Below the pieces are notes generated by a model. The model searched no databases, was not told the DNA's origin, and saw only the letters and a list, made by a program, of their open reading frames with translations. Position numbers and translations under genes: made by a program. A DNA stretch of 64,000 bases from positions 1-64,000 of the forward strand of contig CBDCEW010000082.1 in assembly GCA_965215885.1 (NCBI GenBank), in the 5' to 3' direction. Positions within the stretch are counted from its first letter, which is position 1. Each line of letters starts with the position of its first letter. This DNA is from Candidatus Moanibacter sp. (lineage in GTDB: Bacteria > Verrucomicrobiota > Verrucomicrobiia > Opitutales > UBA2987). Shown here piece after piece: positions 63,677 to 64,000 of this stretch.

Positions 63677-64000
63677 TCAATCGGCATTTCTAATCTGCAT
63701 TATTCGATCTGCGCTGCGCAACTGCTTTAATGCGTTCATGGTAGCGGCGACCACGGCGCCGTGATTATTTGAACCGAGGGATTTCGTCAGGACGTCTCTC
63801 ACCCCGGCCGCTTCCAATACGGGCCGTACACCACCTCCGGCGATGACACCGGTTCCTGGACTGGCGGGACGCAAGAGTACTTTACCCCCATCTTGCAACC
63901 CTATCACGATGTGTGGAATCGTGTTACCCTTCAGCTGAACCGGAACAAGGTTTCGGTGAGCGCGTTCAGTGCCTTTACGAATGGCTTCGGGAACCTCTTT
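63677..64000 (-). CDS. rpsE: 30S ribosomal protein S5, C-terminal part (start beyond window)
   Basis: [10 protein letters not shown]...TIPH...[12 protein letters not shown]...KSLGSNN. Confidence 0.97.
   Translation of the reverse strand, partial: KEVPEAIRKGTERAHRNLVPVQLKGNTIPHIVIGLQDGGKVLLRPASPGTGVIAGGGVRPVLEAAGVRDVLTKSLGSNNHGAVVAATMNALKQLRSADRIMQIRNAD

Overview
Bacterial chromosomal window. Gene content and repeat style suggest Verrucomicrobiota/Opitutae-like origin, but this is inference and was not verified. In order it carries: the 5' part of gyrB; an SLC13 permease; a complete caa3-type cytochrome c oxidase operon with heme A/O synthesis and CtaG genes; a 2,956-bp two-ORF IS inserted into a REP-like hairpin; an aldose-epimerase-like gene; a scrambled transposase remnant; Sco and a His-rich metal-binding protein; a tight patatin + CoA-ligase + beta-oxidation operon; thrS and cysS; an atypical long transketolase; an NCS2 permease; a short SSB paralogue; a polysaccharide-export cluster (Wzc, a frameshifted beta-barrel, an IS-interrupted GT-like membrane protein); a sigma54 two-component pair; coaB, gltA, hisDCB and guaA; and the distal spc/alpha ribosomal operon. 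The most notable signals are: (1) a Thr-rich leader peptide with antiterminator/terminator upstream of thrS, i.e. a candidate ribosome-mediated attenuator; (2) an IS with an A9 -1 frameshift signal, a 9-bp target duplication inside a REP arm and a sigma54 consensus in its right end; (3) a 183-nt rod-like element downstream of ssb; (4) several families of small intergenic mobile-derived repeats and gene remnants; (5) signs of consensus/assembly artefacts (15.8-17.4 kb mosaic, 92-bp tandem duplication, isolated frameshifts). No tRNA, rRNA or CRISPR array was recognised.
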